Positions 62,742 to 64,000 of a stretch of 64,000 bases of DNA are shown here, one piece after another. Location of the stretch: the NCBI GenBank assembly GCA_022530585.1, contig CP092821.1, forward strand, positions 262,222 to 326,221, given 5' to 3'. This DNA comes from Candidatus Nealsonbacteria bacterium DGGOD1a. Its GTDB lineage: Bacteria; Patescibacteriota; Minisyncoccia; Minisyncoccales; UBA5738. Position 1 is the first letter of the stretch. Each line of letters opens with the position of its first letter. The notes beneath the pieces are model-generated. The model worked only from the letters and a program-made list of their open reading frames with translations. It did no database searches and was not told the origin of the DNA. The translations under genes were made by a program, and so were the position numbers.

Positions 62742-63491
62742 ATGAGTATTAAAGTTGAACCGTTTGGCGTTGGAAATTTTGTTCATGCATATAACCGGGG
62801 CAATAAAAAAGGAGATATTTTCTTTTGCAAAACCGATTATTGGCGGTTTCTTAGGGCGTTGCGCTTTTTTAATGATGAGCGCGATATTACTAGATTTGCC
62901 CAATGTTTGGGAGACCTAATTATTTCAAAGAAAAAATCTTTAATGGGGGTGGACCCATTTAGCGGACACAATACATTTGAATGGCAAGAGGAATGGGGGC
63001 CTCAAAGACAGTTGGTGGAAATCATCGCCTATCATTTATCACCCAATCATTATCATTTGCTTTTAAGGGAAATTATTTCTGGAGGCATTAGCAAATTTAT
63101 GAAAAAAATAGGCGCTGGCTATACTGTCTATCAAAATATCAAGAAGAAAGAGATTGGGAGAATATTCCAAGGTCAATATCGAGGAAAAACAGTCAATGAT
63201 GAAAAATATTTGCAATACTTAGACGCATATATCCAAGTTTTTAATGCGTTTGAGATTTTTGAAGGTGGGATCGAGGCGGCGTTAAATGATTTTGATACTG
63301 CGTTCCAATTTGCAATGGACTACCCATTTAGTAGTTTGGGAGAAGCATTTGGGTCTCGCAATTTAGGTATTATTAAAAGGGATTGCTTTGAAAAAGTTTT
63401 TGGGAATGTAAATATCTACAAAGAATTTTGCCGCGACGCTTTATTGGCTCGCAATACTCGCGAATTTTTGGGAAAACTGACAATTGAATAG
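62742..63491 (+). CDS. HUH Y1 transposase, REP-associated (RAYT/IS200-like), copy 2
   Basis: The ATG at 62742 is preferred over the TTG at 62718. FVHAYNRGNKKGDIFF, HUH motif LSPNHYHLLLRE, and Tyr region YLQYLDAYIQ. Divergent from the 46870 gene. Confidence 0.7.
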   Translation: MSIKVEPFGVGNFVHAYNRGNKKGDIFFCKTDYWRFLRALRFFNDERDITRFAQCLGDLIISKKKSLMGVDPFSGHNTFEWQEEWGPQRQLVEIIAYHLSPNHYHLLLREIISGGISKFMKKIGAGYTVYQNIKKKEIGRIFQGQYRGKTVNDEKYLQYLDAYIQVFNAFEIFEGGIEAALNDFDTAFQFAMDYPFSSLGEAFGSRNLGIIKRDCFEKVFGNVNIYKEFCRDALLARNTREFLGKLTIE

Positions 63492-63511
63492 CGACCACAT
63501 AAGAAATACAT

Positions 63512-63536
63512 TTAACAAGGGTTAGACCCTTGTTAA
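63512..63536. repeat. GGGTCTAACCC REP downstream of RAYT-like gene 2
   Basis: TTAACAAGGG-TTAGA-CCCTTGTTAA, a 10-bp stem. Confidence 0.85.
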
Positions 63537-63694
63537 CTTGTTGAACTTCTTGTAGGATAGTCGAAAACATATATATTGTTTTTAGCGAGGTGAAATATAT
63601 GAAAATATCAAAATCGATCGTATTGGGGATAATAAGTTTTGCCGCCGGAGCTTTGGCGATGTATTTTATGAAAAGCTTTTTTTAAGCAATTATC

Positions 63695-64000
63695 ATGGAA
63701 AGGGAATTAAAACTTGAAGATTTGGGGTATGGGGAATTTTTTGAAGCCAATCGGACGAGTTTGGGATGGGACGGTTTTGCGGTCGCGCGGGTTATCGCCG
63801 AATACAAAGGAGCTTACCGGGTAAAAAATACCAAGGGCGAATATTCGGCAAAAATCACGGGAAAGCAAATGTTTGCCGCCCGGTCCCGGGAAGATTATCC
63901 GGCCGTGGGCGATTGGGCGGCGATTACCGATCTTGGCGGGGGGCAGGCGGCAATCCGTGGCGTGTTGCCGCGAAAAACCATCATAAAAAGGAAATGTGTG
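63695..64000 (+). CDS. rsgA: Ribosome small-subunit-dependent GTPase RsgA, N-terminal part (runs off the window)
   Basis: MERELKLEDLGYGEFFEANR...ARVIAEYKGAYRVKN...YPAVGDWAAI...AIRGVLPRKT matches the RsgA OB-fold N-terminus. The frame is open to the end of the window. Confidence 0.7.
   Translation, partial: MERELKLEDLGYGEFFEANRTSLGWDGFAVARVIAEYKGAYRVKNTKGEYSAKITGKQMFAARSREDYPAVGDWAAITDLGGGQAAIRGVLPRKTIIKRKCV

Noticed and set aside
1-64000. CRISPR array or cas genes.
   Set aside because: All repeat families are dispersed palindromes or inverted pairs. None forms a regularly spaced direct-repeat array, and no Cas-like ORFs are present.
1-64000. Alternative genetic code (UGA recoding, as in some CPR lineages).
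   Set aside because: TGA terminates well-defined genes at the expected ends, for example at 8200, 17988 and 33480-33482. Conserved proteins are full length under code 11.

Overview
This 64-kb window looks like a small-genome, Patescibacteria/CPR-type bacterium. That placement is an inference from gene content: GT3 glycogen synthase, DUF5652, many tiny membrane proteins, and an Avd+RT cassette. TGA, TAA and TAG all act as stops, so the genetic code is standard. The backbone is housekeeping: glycogen synthase and debranching enzyme, thrS behind a T-box leader, an ABC-F protein behind a leader-peptide attenuator, and greA. It continues with an ECF sigma/anti-sigma pair plus a MacAB-type efflux system, mutM, lgt, gmk, dnaG-rpoD and tRNA-Asn. 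Several unusual features sit on top of this backbone. (1) A complete diversity-generating retroelement lies at 16.9-19.4 kb (target with C-terminal VR, TR, Avd-type gene, DGR-type RT). All 12 VR/TR mismatches fall on TR adenines, and avd is encoded antisense between TR and RT. (2) A tRNA-Asn hot spot (52.0-61.9 kb) carries three copies of the tRNA-3'-end/terminator sequence. These bracket two integrase-less segments, including an AT-rich region with an ISL3-disrupted gene, a Dam + ParB-like operon flanked by a perfect 31-bp repeat, and a GC-rich structured leader. (3) There is a dense set of hairpin and palindromic repeat families. Two HUH (RAYT-like) transposase genes are each flanked by their own REP hairpins. 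Two near-identical IS200 copies and an 8-bp-TSD MITE built from REP hairpins are present. There is also a three-hairpin family, and a family with a conserved core but copy-specific long inverted arms. (4) Candidate accessory modules include a DUF6119-like/MazG/YgjP trio and a Tes/MJ0619-like radical SAM + ICMT-like + DUF4395-like + Lgt cluster. No rRNA genes, CRISPR arrays or recombinase genes were seen. All protein calls rest on motifs read by eye from the translations; no database search was run.
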